Shown: positions 36,727 through 47,541 of the stretch, one piece after another
Layout: every line of letters starts with the position of its first letter
Numbering within the stretch: position 1 is the stretch's first letter
Assembly: GCA_018920365.1 (NCBI GenBank)
Contig: JAHLMM010000001.1
Span: 135,628-199,627 of the forward strand
Origin: Candidatus Aenigmatarchaeota archaeon
GTDB lineage: Archaea > Aenigmatarchaeota > Aenigmatarchaeia > CG10238-14
Reading direction: 5' to 3'
DNA: 64,000 bases
Notes under the pieces: model-generated
The model's input: the letters and a program-made list of their open reading frames with translations, nothing else
What the model was told of the DNA's origin: nothing
The model's database searches: none
Made by a program: the position numbers and the translations under genes

Positions 36727-37923
36727 TCACACCAGTAATCGTGAAATTAGATGTGTATAACCAATAAAGTATATAATCACCGGAAAGGTAAGAAATCCCA
36801 TGTTTACAGATCTCTTTATTTTAAACAGCACAGGCAAAATCCCTATAAAAGTTGATATTATCAAAATAAACAAACCAACAAAACCTGTTAATGCAAAAAC
36901 AAGTATTGATAAAAGAAGAATGATGTATCTCGACAATCTTTGATAATCCATGCTTGAGATTTTGCTTATAATGATATTTCCAAGAAGTAAGCAAACTACT
37001 GCTGTTAAGCCAGCTGAAAATAAACATGCTCCAAAGAAAAGAAGGATTAGATTTTTATCAAGGTATAAGTTGGATAAAGCAGCACCCAAACCACTTCTTA
37101 CTTTTCCTGTAAGCATTAAAACTATAACAGAAAGTATTGTATTTGCTATATTCATGCTTGCCATAGAACTTAATATATATTCATCATTTTTTGTGAAGAA
37201 ATGCAAAATCATGAAACTAATTTGACTTTCGCCTATACCAGGAAGTATGCCAGCGGCAATGCCGCTAATTATTCCAATTATTATTGCTGCAATATTCGGC
37301 TTTATATCAACATCTCCTTCATTTGATATTTTCATGCCTCTTTCAGCAAACAAGAGACTACTAATACCAAAAAGCCCTGTTAAAGCAGGAAAAATTGCTT
37401 TTTCAGAACTGATCAAATTAGAATTTAATGCCAAAAGACCCCACACGCCAGAAATTAAAAAAATGAATAAAGCTATGAAAAAATTCTTACCTTCTGTTAG
37501 TAAAAAACCAAAAACAAAAGTTATTATTAACACCAAAATAAAGCTTTCACTGAATTTGTGAATTGAAGGTACAATTACTAATATAGCTGGCAGAGCAATC
37601 AGCAGTATTATCAATGCAGATATAGCAGAAAATATGCTTATAGCCAAAGCCTTTTTACCAAACCCTTTCAAAACCATTCTATGTCCTGGTAATATGCTTG
37701 TGACCGTATTAGGATCAGGTACTGATAGAAAAAGGGATGGTATATAATTTGATATAATATTTGCAATTGCCATAGAAGCTGCAAATACAATAAATTGATT
37801 TGGGTTTAATACTATGATACTAAAGACAAAGAAATATAATTGGTTTGGATGCAAACCTGGAAGAAGACCTGCAAATAATCCTATAACAATACCAAAAAAA
37901 GAAAAAAACAAAAGATCAAGCAT
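36727..37923 (-). CDS. TctA/DUF112 family permease
   Basis: GLLPGLHPN, IPSLFLSVPD, LPGHRMVLKG, FPALTGLFG. Confidence 0.85.
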   Translation of the reverse strand: MLDLLFFSFFGIVIGLFAGLLPGLHPNQLYFFVFSIIVLNPNQFIVFAASMAIANIISNYIPSLFLSVPDPNTVTSILPGHRMVLKGFGKKALAISIFSAISALIILLIALPAILVIVPSIHKFSESFILVLIITFVFGFLLTEGKNFFIALFIFLISGVWGLLALNSNLISSEKAIFPALTGLFGISSLLFAERGMKISNEGDVDIKPNIAAIIIGIISGIAAGILPGIGESQISFMILHFFTKNDEYILSSMASMNIANTILSVIVLMLTGKVRSGLGAALSNLYLDKNLILLFFGACLFSAGLTAVVCLLLGNIIISKISSMDYQRLSRYIILLLSILVFALTGFVGLFILIISTFIGILPVLFKIKRSVNMGFLTFPVIIYFIGYTHLISRLLV

Positions 37924-37927
37924 TTGC

Positions 37928-38293
37928 TTATCTTGAAGAAGCTATTTTATAAATGGATTTTAATGCCACCACTAGAGCTGCTGGTGCTACGAAGTATGTT
38001 AGATTGTTCAATGAATAAACAAAAATGTTTGCTAAGATTCCTGCTAAAAATCTGTCAATTCTTATACCACTGACTGCAAGTAATGCAATTGTTGCTAGCA
38101 AGAATGAATCTATTTCTTTTGAAGTTACTGTTGTCAATCCAACCACTAGGCCGAAAAATACTAGCATCAATGGTATTATTTGCCCCAAACCTCCTATTAT
38201 TCCCAAGCCTTCAAGTAAGCCAAGCACTAGTGCAAGCAAAGAGCCTGCTAAAAATGCCCATTCTCCATATCTTTCTGAACCCACTATACCCAC
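37928..38293 (-). CDS. Hypothetical four-TM membrane protein
   Basis: WAFLAG...GLVVGL...KE..SFLLATIAL...FVAPAALVVALK. Confidence 0.7.
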   Translation of the reverse strand: MGIVGSERYGEWAFLAGSLLALVLGLLEGLGIIGGLGQIIPLMLVFFGLVVGLTTVTSKEIDSFLLATIALLAVSGIRIDRFLAGILANIFVYSLNNLTYFVAPAALVVALKSIYKIASSR

Positions 38294-38423
38294 CTTTTGA
38301 ATATTATTTATTAAAGAAAAAATAAAACTAATCTTTCCATCTTTTAGTAGTTATTTTTCCTAGCCTATTTTATAGAGAAATTTTTACATATGTTTTATAA
38401 ATATTATTTTTTAATTTGTTGTT

Positions 38424-38750
38424 ATGATACCAGGCGGAATGGATCCTAAAAAAGTAGAACAAATGCTTAAACAGTTAGGAATGGAAATGGAAGATATAAA
38501 AGCAAAAGAAGTTATCATCAAAGCTGAAGGTGGAGATATAATAATAGAAAACCCCCAAGTGGTAAAGACAACAATGCGTGGCCAAGTCATATACCAAGTT
38601 TCTGGTGATGTTAAACAAGAAAATTTCCCAGAAGAAGATATAAAACTAGTTATGGATCAAACAGGAATAAAAGATGAAGAAAAAATAAAACAAGCTTTGA
38701 AAGAAGCAAAAGGCGATGTTGTAGAAGCAATAATGAAACTGAAAAAGTAA
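38424..38750 (+). CDS. nac: Nascent polypeptide-associated complex protein
   Basis: GMDPKKVEQMLKQLGM, IIENPQV, EEDIKLVMDQT, GDVVEAIMKL. Confidence 0.95.
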   Translation: MIPGGMDPKKVEQMLKQLGMEMEDIKAKEVIIKAEGGDIIIENPQVVKTTMRGQVIYQVSGDVKQENFPEEDIKLVMDQTGIKDEEKIKQALKEAKGDVVEAIMKLKK

Positions 38751-38781
38751 GTTTATCTAATTTTCTAACCAATAATTTAAT

Positions 38782-39795
38782 ATGCTAGTTATACTTGGCA
38801 GTTTTTTAATATCATTTTTAACTTCAATAATTCTCACAAAAATATTCATAGCACTATTTTACAGAAACAACATAATTGCTTTGGACTTGCATAAAAAAGA
38901 CAAGCCTAAAGTTGCTAATAGCGGCGGCATACCAGTAATGTTTGCTGCCTTTTTTGGAATGATGTTTTTTGCAGCTATACAAACATTTGTTTTTTCTGGT
39001 GAAGAAAACCTTGTATATCTTTTTTCAGGTGTATTGACAATATTGATTATAGGCTTGATAGGGTTTTTTGATGATTTGAATTCTAAAGAGGTTATAGAAG
39101 GAAAATCAGAAATAAGAAAGGGCTTGAAACAATGGCAAAAGCCGTTGTTGACTTTGCTAGCAGCAATTCCATTAATGGCTGTTAGAGCTGGAAATACATC
39201 TATGACTTTGCCTTTGCTAGGAAGTGTTGATTTTGGGTTGCTTTATCCATTGTTGATAGTGCCAATAAGTCTGACTGTTGTTTCAAATGTAATAAATATG
39301 CTAGGCGGTTTTAACGGCTCAGAAGCAGGAATGGGATCTGTTTATTTTTTTGGTTTAGGTGTGTTTGCACTAGTCATGGGCAAGCTAGTTTCAGCAGCAA
39401 TATTCTTTTCAATGTTTGGAGCATTAATAGGCTTTCTGAAGTTTAATTGGCCGCCTGCAAAAATGCTTTCAGGAGATAGCATACAATATGTAATGGGGGC
39501 AGCTGTTATTTCAGGCGCAATATTAGGTGACATGGAAAGAGCTGCTTTTATTGTGTTAATTCCATTTTTCATTGAAGCGTTTCTAAAATTAAGATCAGGC
39601 TTGAAAGCTTCTTGTTTAGGCAAATTACAAAAAGACGGCAAGCTTGAGCCACCATACGGAAAGAAAATCTATTCTTGGACACATATAATAATGAATTTGG
39701 GTCGATTTACTGAAAAGCAAGTAACTATAGCTTTGATATTAATGGAAGCTGTTTTTTGCTTGCTGCTTTTTATTTATCTGTATTTAATAATATGA
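38782..39795 (+). CDS. aglH: UDP-GlcNAc:dolichol-phosphate GlcNAc-1-P transferase (AglH/Alg7/MraY family)
   Basis: DLHK, SGG, GFFDD, NVINMLGGFNGSE, FNWPPAKMLSGD. Confidence 0.85.
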   Translation: MLVILGSFLISFLTSIILTKIFIALFYRNNIIALDLHKKDKPKVANSGGIPVMFAAFFGMMFFAAIQTFVFSGEENLVYLFSGVLTILIIGLIGFFDDLNSKEVIEGKSEIRKGLKQWQKPLLTLLAAIPLMAVRAGNTSMTLPLLGSVDFGLLYPLLIVPISLTVVSNVINMLGGFNGSEAGMGSVYFFGLGVFALVMGKLVSAAIFFSMFGALIGFLKFNWPPAKMLSGDSIQYVMGAAVISGAILGDMERAAFIVLIPFFIEAFLKLRSGLKASCLGKLQKDGKLEPPYGKKIYSWTHIIMNLGRFTEKQVTIALILMEAVFCLLLFIYLYLII

Positions 39796-39799
39796 AGGT

Positions 39800-40402
39800 G
39801 TGAAAATGAATTTGAAATATATATTTAATCCAGAAGAGCAAAGGCGAGATTTAATAGTAAAACATACAAAAAAAGGCATAGTTCTTGATTTGGGGTCGCA
39901 AGAAGGAGATTTGCATGTTTTTTTGAAAAAAAATATAAAGAATTCAAAAATTATAGGCATAGATTTTGTGCAGAGCGAAAATGTTGATGTAATTCACGAT
40001 TTAAACGAAAGATTCCCATTTGAGGATAACTATGCCGATACAATAATAGCTGGTGAAATAATAGAACATTTGCTTAATCCATTTGAATTTTTGAAAGAAT
40101 GCAATAGGGTCTTGAAAAAAGGAGGGGTGCTTGTTCTAACAACACCAAATATGACAAGTTTATCATATATATTAAAAATCCAGAGTTTTGGTAAAAAACT
40201 TACAATATATGATAGGAAAGATCCACATATATACGGATTTTCTATGGAAATGCTGGAGATATTGTTGAAGAAATCTGGTTTCAAAGTAATAAACAAAAAG
40301 CATTTGAATATAGGTTGGAGAAGGAATATTTTATTTAGATTTATTTGTTATTTGTTCAAAAACGTGAGACCTGCATTATTTTTGGTTGCAAAGAAGGTAT
40401 GA
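39800..40402 (+). CDS. Class I SAM-dependent methyltransferase
   Basis: VLDLGS, HDLN..FPF, EIIEHL, VLKKGGVLVLTTPN. Confidence 0.88.
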   Translation: MKMNLKYIFNPEEQRRDLIVKHTKKGIVLDLGSQEGDLHVFLKKNIKNSKIIGIDFVQSENVDVIHDLNERFPFEDNYADTIIAGEIIEHLLNPFEFLKECNRVLKKGGVLVLTTPNMTSLSYILKIQSFGKKLTIYDRKDPHIYGFSMEMLEILLKKSGFKVINKKHLNIGWRRNILFRFICYLFKNVRPALFLVAKKV

Positions 40403-40407
40403 TAAAA

Positions 40408-41127
40408 ATGCCAAAAGTGTCAGTCATAGTTCCAGTAAAAGATGATAGAAGGCTAATAGATTTAATAAAAGCTTTGGAAAACCAGACTTTCAAAGATTTT
40501 GAAGTTTTAATAGCAGACTCATCAAAAGAAAGAATATTCAAAGGTGAAACAACATTAAACATGAAATATTATCACACCAAACCAATGAAAATATCAGAAG
40601 CAATGACATTTCTATCTAAAAAAGCAACTTCAGAAATAATAGCTATAACAGAAAGTGACTGTGCCCCAAACGAACATTGGCTTGAAGATTTATATTCCGA
40701 ATATGTAGATAGCAAGACTATCATAGTTGGAGCACAAAATATAGTCTCACCTCACGCAGAAATAATAAGTTTCGGCAGTTTATTGTTGCCTAAAAAAGCA
40801 TTTTCTGTTAAATTTGACAAAAACTTAAAGCTAGCTGAAGATACAGATTGGTTTTTTTCTTTGAAAGAGAGAGGATTCAAATTCAAACAAATAAACAAAG
40901 GACTTGTAACGCACTATAAAAACACTATAAAAAGAATGTTTAGGTCATTTGAGTATGCAAGATCTCATGCATATGTTTATGTTAAGCATAACAAAGAAGA
41001 GAGAATAATAAAAAGCATGGGTTTCCAGCTTTTGCAAGCATTTTATTCAATATTAACTTTTTTTGTATTACCATACTTTTGGATTTATTACAAAATAAGA
41101 AAATTTTTGTTTAAAAAACTCAAGTGA
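40408..41127 (+). CDS. Glycosyltransferase family 2
   Basis: VSVIVPV, ESDC, AEDTDW. Confidence 0.82.
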   Translation: MPKVSVIVPVKDDRRLIDLIKALENQTFKDFEVLIADSSKERIFKGETTLNMKYYHTKPMKISEAMTFLSKKATSEIIAITESDCAPNEHWLEDLYSEYVDSKTIIVGAQNIVSPHAEIISFGSLLLPKKAFSVKFDKNLKLAEDTDWFFSLKERGFKFKQINKGLVTHYKNTIKRMFRSFEYARSHAYVYVKHNKEERIIKSMGFQLLQAFYSILTFFVLPYFWIYYKIRKFLFKKLK

Positions 41128-41131
41128 GTTT

Positions 41132-41584
41132 ATGAAAATATGTATATCATGTTCTATGGGAGGGCATTTAGTTGAGGTCTTGCAGCTAAAAAATGTATAT
41201 AAAAAATATAATTATTTTTATCTTACATTTTATAAGAAAGGCTTGGTTGATGAAATTAAAGGTGAAAAGATATATTTTGTTGAAAATCCCGGCAGGAATA
41301 TTATAAAATTATTAAAAAATATACTTCAAACTTTTTTTGTTTTGAAAAAAGAAAAACCAGATATTATAATTTCAACAGGTGCCGGTTCAGCTGTACCATC
41401 AATAATCATTGGGAAACTGCTTTTCAACACAAAAATAATATTTATAGAAAGTTTTGCAAGAATAAACACAAAATCTCTTTCAGGGATAATTTCATATCCT
41501 TTTGCAGATCTGTTTCTAGTACAATGGAGAAATATGCTAAAATTATATGGAAAAAAAGCTTTATACAGAGGTGCTGTTTATTGA
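41132..41584 (+). CDS. Alg14/PssD-like glycosyltransferase subunit
   Basis: SMGGHL, KPDIIISTGAG, IFIESFAR, SLSG, FLVQW. Confidence 0.9.
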   Translation: MKICISCSMGGHLVEVLQLKNVYKKYNYFYLTFYKKGLVDEIKGEKIYFVENPGRNIIKLLKNILQTFFVLKKEKPDIIISTGAGSAVPSIIIGKLLFNTKIIFIESFARINTKSLSGIISYPFADLFLVQWRNMLKLYGKKALYRGAVY

Positions 41585-42069
41585 TTTTTGTAACAGTAGG
41601 GACAGATGAACACAGTTTTGATAGGTTGGTAAAAAAAGTAGACGAATTAATAGGTAGTGGTTTAATCAAAGACGAAGTTGTTATTCAGATAGGAAATACT
41701 AAATATGAACCTAAAAATGCAAAGTGGTTTAGATTTGAAACTTATGATAAAATTAAAGAGTTGAACAAAAACTCTAATTTGGTTATAACACACGGCGGAG
41801 CTGGCAGTATAATTACAGCATTAATGTATGGAAAAAGAATAATAGCAGTACCAAGAATGAAGAAATATAACGAACATGTTAATGACCATCAGCTGGAATT
41901 AGTGAGACAAATGGAAAAGGAAAGTAGAATCATAGGTGTTTATGATATTGATAATTTATATCAAGCTATAGTAAAATCGTATAAGTTAAAGCAAACAAAC
42001 TCAAAAACTAAATTGTCTGATTTTTTATCAGAATACTTGGAAAAATTAGAAAAACATATTAAACGATAA
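41581..42069 (+). CDS. Alg13/PssE-like glycosyltransferase subunit
   Basis: IFVTVGT..FDRL, IQIG, ITHGGAGSI, VPR..EHVNDHQLE; TTG start overlapping the upstream stop. Confidence 0.9.
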   Translation: MIFVTVGTDEHSFDRLVKKVDELIGSGLIKDEVVIQIGNTKYEPKNAKWFRFETYDKIKELNKNSNLVITHGGAGSIITALMYGKRIIAVPRMKKYNEHVNDHQLELVRQMEKESRIIGVYDIDNLYQAIVKSYKLKQTNSKTKLSDFLSEYLEKLEKHIKR

Positions 42070-42084
42070 ATCAAATTATAGTTA

Positions 42085-43059
42085 ATGAAGAAAGAAAAAC
42101 CAGTAACAGTTTTTATTCCTGTAAAAAATGCTGAAAATACAATTGAAGCTTGTGTTAAATCCCTTTTGAATCAGTCATACAAAAACAAGATTATTTATGT
42201 TATAGACAACATGTCTACAGACAAAACATACGAAATTCTTAAAAAATTTGGTAAAAAAATAAATCTTCTGAGAATGGCAGGGCCTGTGCCGAAGTTGCAT
42301 AATTATATACTTGACATAGCAAAAACCGAATTCATAGCTTATACAAACGCTGATTGTGTTTTGGACAAAAATTGGCTGAAAAATCTGTTGAAAGGCTTTA
42401 CGTCAGATGATATAATTGCAACAGCTGGTTTTTGTGCAACACCAAAGGGGCTAAGCAAGTTTCAAGAATTGATAGGTTTAGAGCTAGAAAACAGGTTCAA
42501 AAAATTTCCAGAATATATTTCAAGAGCACCCGACATGAATCTTTGTGTAAGAACAAAATGTGCAAAAAAAGTTAGATTCGATGAAAGGTTTATTTGGGCA
42601 TGGGAAACTGATTTTGGGTACAGATTAACAAAATTAGGAAAAATGAAATATGTTCCTGATGCCATAGTATATCACTATCATCGTCCTAATTGGAAGTCAT
42701 TCTTCAGACAACAAATGAAAAATGCTATAATGGCACCTTTAACTTATTGGAAAAATTTTGATAAAATTAAAGGAGATCATATATCTACATCATCAATGGC
42801 ATTATCTCTTTTACTTTTTTATTTAACATTGCTTTCAGCAATCTTGTATATTTTTTCAAGCAAATTTATTATCATCTATGTTTTTGCATTATTTTCATTT
42901 TTATTTTTGAATATGTTTGAAACCATTAGAGTTGCTCAAAAACCAAGCCAATACACACTTCTATTTATGATACATATCGTAAGAACAATTGCATGGTCTA
43001 TTGGATTACCGAAAGGAATTTATAATTTTTTAAAGAATAAATGGTATAAATCTAGATAA
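42085..43059 (+). CDS. Glycosyltransferase family 2 with C-terminal TM helices
   Basis: IPVKN, IDNMSTD, NADC, ETDFGYRL. Confidence 0.88.
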   Translation: MKKEKPVTVFIPVKNAENTIEACVKSLLNQSYKNKIIYVIDNMSTDKTYEILKKFGKKINLLRMAGPVPKLHNYILDIAKTEFIAYTNADCVLDKNWLKNLLKGFTSDDIIATAGFCATPKGLSKFQELIGLELENRFKKFPEYISRAPDMNLCVRTKCAKKVRFDERFIWAWETDFGYRLTKLGKMKYVPDAIVYHYHRPNWKSFFRQQMKNAIMAPLTYWKNFDKIKGDHISTSSMALSLLLFYLTLLSAILYIFSSKFIIIYVFALFSFLFLNMFETIRVAQKPSQYTLLFMIHIVRTIAWSIGLPKGIYNFLKNKWYKSR

Positions 43060-43861
43060 ATTTTTTATTTATTTGTTTTCTCCCATCCAACCATCCCCAT
43101 TTATTGAAATATTTTATTGCAGACACAATATGTATCAACGTGTATTTGAATTTCTTGTAAGAGCCTCTTTCAAATTTATGATAAACTTTTGCAAAAGGGA
43201 AATATGCTATCTTTCCGTGCTGCAGCATACGTCTGCATAAATCCACATCTTCCATGTACAAGAAAAATCTTTTATCAAAACCATTTAATTTTGTTAAAAT
43301 CTCACTTCTAACAAACATAAATGATCCTGAAATTACAGGGCAATAAAACATTTTGCCATAATCTTTGTACCTCATTTCATAGAAATAATTCCTTTTTTCA
43401 AGATAACTTTTAAATGGTATAAATCTTCTGAAAATTAAATCAACAGGACTTGGTAATAGTTTGCATAAATGTTGAATATTGCCGTTTTCATATAAAATTT
43501 TTGGCGTTACTGCGACAATATTTTTGTTTTCATCCATGAAATTTTTCAATTTTTCAAGAACATCTTCATCAAAATAAACATCTGGATTTAATATAAGATG
43601 ATATTTTGATAATCCATGGATTTTATTTATTGCAAAATTATGTGCTTTACCAAAACCTATATTTTTACCAAGAAATATGTATTCAATCCTATCATCTTTC
43701 AATACATTAATTTTGTTTTTTTTAGGTGAGTTGTCAATCACAAATATTTTGATGCTTAGTTTTGTTTTTAATAAGCTATTAATGCATTTTTTGAAAGTAT
43801 TTAAATCTCCATAGTTTTTATCAATATACAAGACTATGGAAACAGTCAAATCATATTTCAT
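43052..43861 (-). CDS. GT2 glycosyltransferase (WbbL/rhamnosyltransferase-like)
   Basis: NIGFGKAHN, LNPD, GFDKRFFLYMEDVDLCRR. Confidence 0.88.
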   Translation of the reverse strand: MKYDLTVSIVLYIDKNYGDLNTFKKCINSLLKTKLSIKIFVIDNSPKKNKINVLKDDRIEYIFLGKNIGFGKAHNFAINKIHGLSKYHLILNPDVYFDEDVLEKLKNFMDENKNIVAVTPKILYENGNIQHLCKLLPSPVDLIFRRFIPFKSYLEKRNYFYEMRYKDYGKMFYCPVISGSFMFVRSEILTKLNGFDKRFFLYMEDVDLCRRMLQHGKIAYFPFAKVYHKFERGSYKKFKYTLIHIVSAIKYFNKWGWLDGRKQINKKFI

Positions 43862-43905
43862 AAATCATATTAATTTCAATAAAGATATATAGATAGTGAA
43901 TCGCG

Positions 43906-45372
43906 ATGAACGTAAAGCAGAAAGCAGCCAACAACAGCTTTTATTTATTTCTTTATTGGATCATAAACACACTAGGCGGCTTTGTATTTTGGATGATAGC
44001 TGGTAAATTTTTAAATGAATCAGAATATGGAATAGCTTTAACAGCAATAAGCTTTGGTTTTTTAATAATATCAATAATAACATTAGGAATACCAGCCGCT
44101 TTGTCAAAACTTATACCAGAATATAAAGCCAATAGACAAATGAAAAAAATAAATTCAATTATTACAACCTCACTCGCAATAATTTTAATAATTAACATTT
44201 TAAATGCTATGATATTTTTTTCATTAAAAAATTACTTTGTTTTTTTGTTGAAAATCACAGATCAACTATTTTATTTTATAATTGCTTATATATTTTTTGG
44301 CTCATTTAGTGTAACTCTTTTTACAATAAAATATTCGTTTCAACTGATGAAAGAGTATACAATTATAGGTGCATTATCAGTATTTTCAAAAATACTTTTA
44401 TCTTTTGTCTTACTATATTTTGGGTTTAAGTATTTCGGTCCAATATTAGGTGTAATATTTTCTAGCATAATAACAATAATTTTAGCATTTCCTGGAAAAC
44501 AAATAAAATTCAACTTAATGTTTAATGAAAAAGACATTTTTTCATATTCTATTTTGGGTTTTTTTGGAGCTTTATTTTTTTCTTTGATAGCTAATTTTAA
44601 TTATAGCATTATAACAATTATAAAAAGTACAAACGCAACTGGAATTTTTGGAGTTGCTATGATGATTTCTTCTGTGATTTCTGCAATTCCAAACATATTG
44701 AACAATGCTATTTATCCAATAATTTCTGAATTGTTTGGTAAAAGATCTAAAATTTTACAAAGCCTAATTAATCACACAATAAGATACAGTTTGTTGATTA
44801 CGCTGCCTCTTATACTGATATTTTCTCTTAATTCAAGATTTTTGATACTCACATTTTCGTCGGATAAATTTGTTTCAGCTTCAAAATTAATTCCAATATT
44901 GTCTGTGTCAACTTTGATTCTTGGCATAGGTGGAATATTTGTTAATGCTTTGTTTGCTTTGAGAATGACAAAATACTATACAAGAGTCATTTCAATTTCA
45001 ACAATAACGTTTCTAATTATATCTTTTATATTGGTTTATTTGCTTTCAGAAACAGGTGCAGCAATTTCATATTTCATAACTTCAACAACATTGCTCTTTC
45101 TTTCCTATATCTATTTAAATAGAAAAATAAAAGTTGAATTTGCTGTGAATGATTATCTAAAAATAATAATTTCTTCGTTGCCTTTCTTGTTTTTGCTTGT
45201 TATAAAACCAATGAATTTGATTATGTTTATTTTAGCTAATGGTTTATTGGTTTTAGCGTATGCCACTATACTTTATAAGTTGAAATTTTTCACAAGAAAT
45301 GATATAAATATAGTAAAAACTGTTTTAGCCAAACTTAAAATTTCAAAACTAATCAAAGCTGACTTTGTATAA
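43906..45372 (+). CDS. Oligosaccharide flippase (Wzx/MOP family)
   Basis: About 12-14 TM; L...EYG, LGIPAALSKLIPEY, GAAIS. Confidence 0.85.
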   Translation: MNVKQKAANNSFYLFLYWIINTLGGFVFWMIAGKFLNESEYGIALTAISFGFLIISIITLGIPAALSKLIPEYKANRQMKKINSIITTSLAIILIINILNAMIFFSLKNYFVFLLKITDQLFYFIIAYIFFGSFSVTLFTIKYSFQLMKEYTIIGALSVFSKILLSFVLLYFGFKYFGPILGVIFSSIITIILAFPGKQIKFNLMFNEKDIFSYSILGFFGALFFSLIANFNYSIITIIKSTNATGIFGVAMMISSVISAIPNILNNAIYPIISELFGKRSKILQSLINHTIRYSLLITLPLILIFSLNSRFLILTFSSDKFVSASKLIPILSVSTLILGIGGIFVNALFALRMTKYYTRVISISTITFLIISFILVYLLSETGAAISYFITSTTLLFLSYIYLNRKIKVEFAVNDYLKIIISSLPFLFLLVIKPMNLIMFILANGLLVLAYATILYKLKFFTRNDINIVKTVLAKLKISKLIKADFV

Positions 45373-47541
45373 TTTTATTTCAGGATTTGAATAAACTAGT
45401 TTGAAGTGTTTTAACCCTTCACCATTGAACAAGAATGTTCTTATAAATATGCTGTTTTCAACTTCTGGCGGCAAGTATATCAAAACTCTATAATCTGGCT
45501 GAACCCACAAAAGACCGCCCACTTTTTCAAAACTTGTTGTAGCATTTGTTATGTCAAACAATCTTGGCTGGCCTGTTTGATCGTAAAGTATGATTTTGCT
45601 TATCAAATATTTGTTATTATATATAGGAAATATTACACCTTGTTTTTCTACAATTGTTATTTTTAACCCAGAATAATCATATATGAAGACATTATTACCA
45701 TCTTTATCTTTTTGCACATCAGAGATTTGAAATATCCAAGGACACCATACCCATAAACCTCTGCCTTGTGAAGCAAATTCACCGCATGATAATTGACCTT
45801 CTTCTGTTTTTGGTGTTGATGCACAGCAAACTCCTGGCGTTTTTTGAAAATCATAAGCCGTTTTTATTGGAGCTCTATAACCACCAAAATAATTCAACCA
45901 TGTGAATTTTCCTATTAAATCTGCACTTGAAATAAAGTACATTTCAGACGCAGGTTCGCATGCTTCTTTAGGTATTTCAATTTTGTATACATCTTTATAA
46001 TATTGCTTTGCGTTTTCACACTCTTCAGGTGTTAGTTGCATATATTTTTTCAAAAGCATAACAGCTTCTGTTTCATTGCTTGTTGACAATATTTTGCCCA
46101 TGTCTTGAATTCTTACATTATGGTTATATGGTACGCATTCAGTCACACTACAATGAGCACCGTCTGCATGCACTCTTAGCCCAGTATAGCCAGCAATTAT
46201 ATGTCCAGGATCCCACCAAGTTGCAACTATAGCTTTTTTATCAGCATTTTCTTTCAACCAATTCAACATATTAAGCCAGTTGCTGCCAACACCCATTGAT
46301 CCAATGTTCAATGAAAATGCTATAGTTGACGATATGAACATAAGAGCGAAAAAAGCAATCAATCCATATACACCTGATTTTACAAAAACACTAGAACCTT
46401 CAAAATATTTTATAACATTACCAATCACATAACCAGCTGATGTTGCAACAGCAATTGCAAACAACAATGAAAATCTAACACCACTTAGAATTGTGTAAAA
46501 AGTAAAGCCAGCCCACATAAATAGAAATATTTCTTCAAAATTTACAGTTTCTTTTTTAACAAACTTTCTTATCACAAGTGCAGGTATTCCAAATATTGTT
46601 AAAAGCATTGGAAATGCACCCACTCTGCTAGCAACTTGATTAAATCCATCTTTGGTAAAGATGTTTATTGGTTGAAGCTCAGCAACAGAAACATTTACTA
46701 TTAATGATTCACTTCCAGATCTAAATCCGCTTGAAACTAGAATGAAATCAACAAAAGTACCAAAACCTAGCAATGGCATCACAATGTTTAAAACTATTAT
46801 TATTGACAAGAGCGGCAAAAGCATTGGTTTTAATTCTTTTATTATTGCTCCAATTGATGTAAATTTACCTTTTCTTAAATAACTTTCTATAAATCTGAAT
46901 AGTATAAAACCTGGTATATATGCAAGGAAAAATGTTGTCACATACCAACCAAACCACCAGCTGTATATAAATGCCATGTTTGCAAGTATAGCAGCTATTA
47001 TATATGGTATAGTTTTCTTTTTCATTGCCAAGAAAATAGTAAATATTGATAGAAGAGAATAGAATACGACAACAGTATCAGTATCCATATAGCTACCCAT
47101 AGAAACTATGATGAATGTCGGAGACATTGTTATAAACAAAGCTGTTGCCAAGCCACCCCATTCATTTGATAGCTCTTTTCCAAGAAAATATGCAGGTATT
47201 ACTGACATAACAGACATTATTATCGGAACATATGTAGCAAATTTCATAAATTCTGTATTAAAAAAGATGCTTTGTATTTTATATGCAATTACTACAAAAT
47301 ATTCATACCCTAATGTTTTTGGAAAAGGTCTTCCTGGCGGAAAGAATGATAGCAGATCCCATTCAGGTACTTTGAAGTTATTCTTCCATAAAACTTCGCT
47401 TATTCTATAGAAAAACCAAGGATCATAATCAGCTATCATATCTGTTCTTCCTGGCAGTCTGCTATAGCCAACAATAATCATTAATGCTAATACCAAAGAC
47501 GGTACAATTAGACTCTTGAAATTCAATTTCATAGCGATCAT
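45349..47541 (-). CDS. aglB: Oligosaccharyltransferase AglB/STT3
   Basis: DYDPWFFYR, DTD, SVAEL, WWDPGH, DLIGK. Confidence 0.93.
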   Translation of the reverse strand: MIAMKLNFKSLIVPSLVLALMIIVGYSRLPGRTDMIADYDPWFFYRISEVLWKNNFKVPEWDLLSFFPPGRPFPKTLGYEYFVVIAYKIQSIFFNTEFMKFATYVPIIMSVMSVIPAYFLGKELSNEWGGLATALFITMSPTFIIVSMGSYMDTDTVVVFYSLLSIFTIFLAMKKKTIPYIIAAILANMAFIYSWWFGWYVTTFFLAYIPGFILFRFIESYLRKGKFTSIGAIIKELKPMLLPLLSIIIVLNIVMPLLGFGTFVDFILVSSGFRSGSESLIVNVSVAELQPINIFTKDGFNQVASRVGAFPMLLTIFGIPALVIRKFVKKETVNFEEIFLFMWAGFTFYTILSGVRFSLLFAIAVATSAGYVIGNVIKYFEGSSVFVKSGVYGLIAFFALMFISSTIAFSLNIGSMGVGSNWLNMLNWLKENADKKAIVATWWDPGHIIAGYTGLRVHADGAHCSVTECVPYNHNVRIQDMGKILSTSNETEAVMLLKKYMQLTPEECENAKQYYKDVYKIEIPKEACEPASEMYFISSADLIGKFTWLNYFGGYRAPIKTAYDFQKTPGVCCASTPKTEEGQLSCGEFASQGRGLWVWCPWIFQISDVQKDKDGNNVFIYDYSGLKITIVEKQGVIFPIYNNKYLISKIILYDQTGQPRLFDITNATTSFEKVGGLLWVQPDYRVLIYLPPEVENSIFIRTFLFNGEGLKHFKLVYSNPEIKLYKVSFD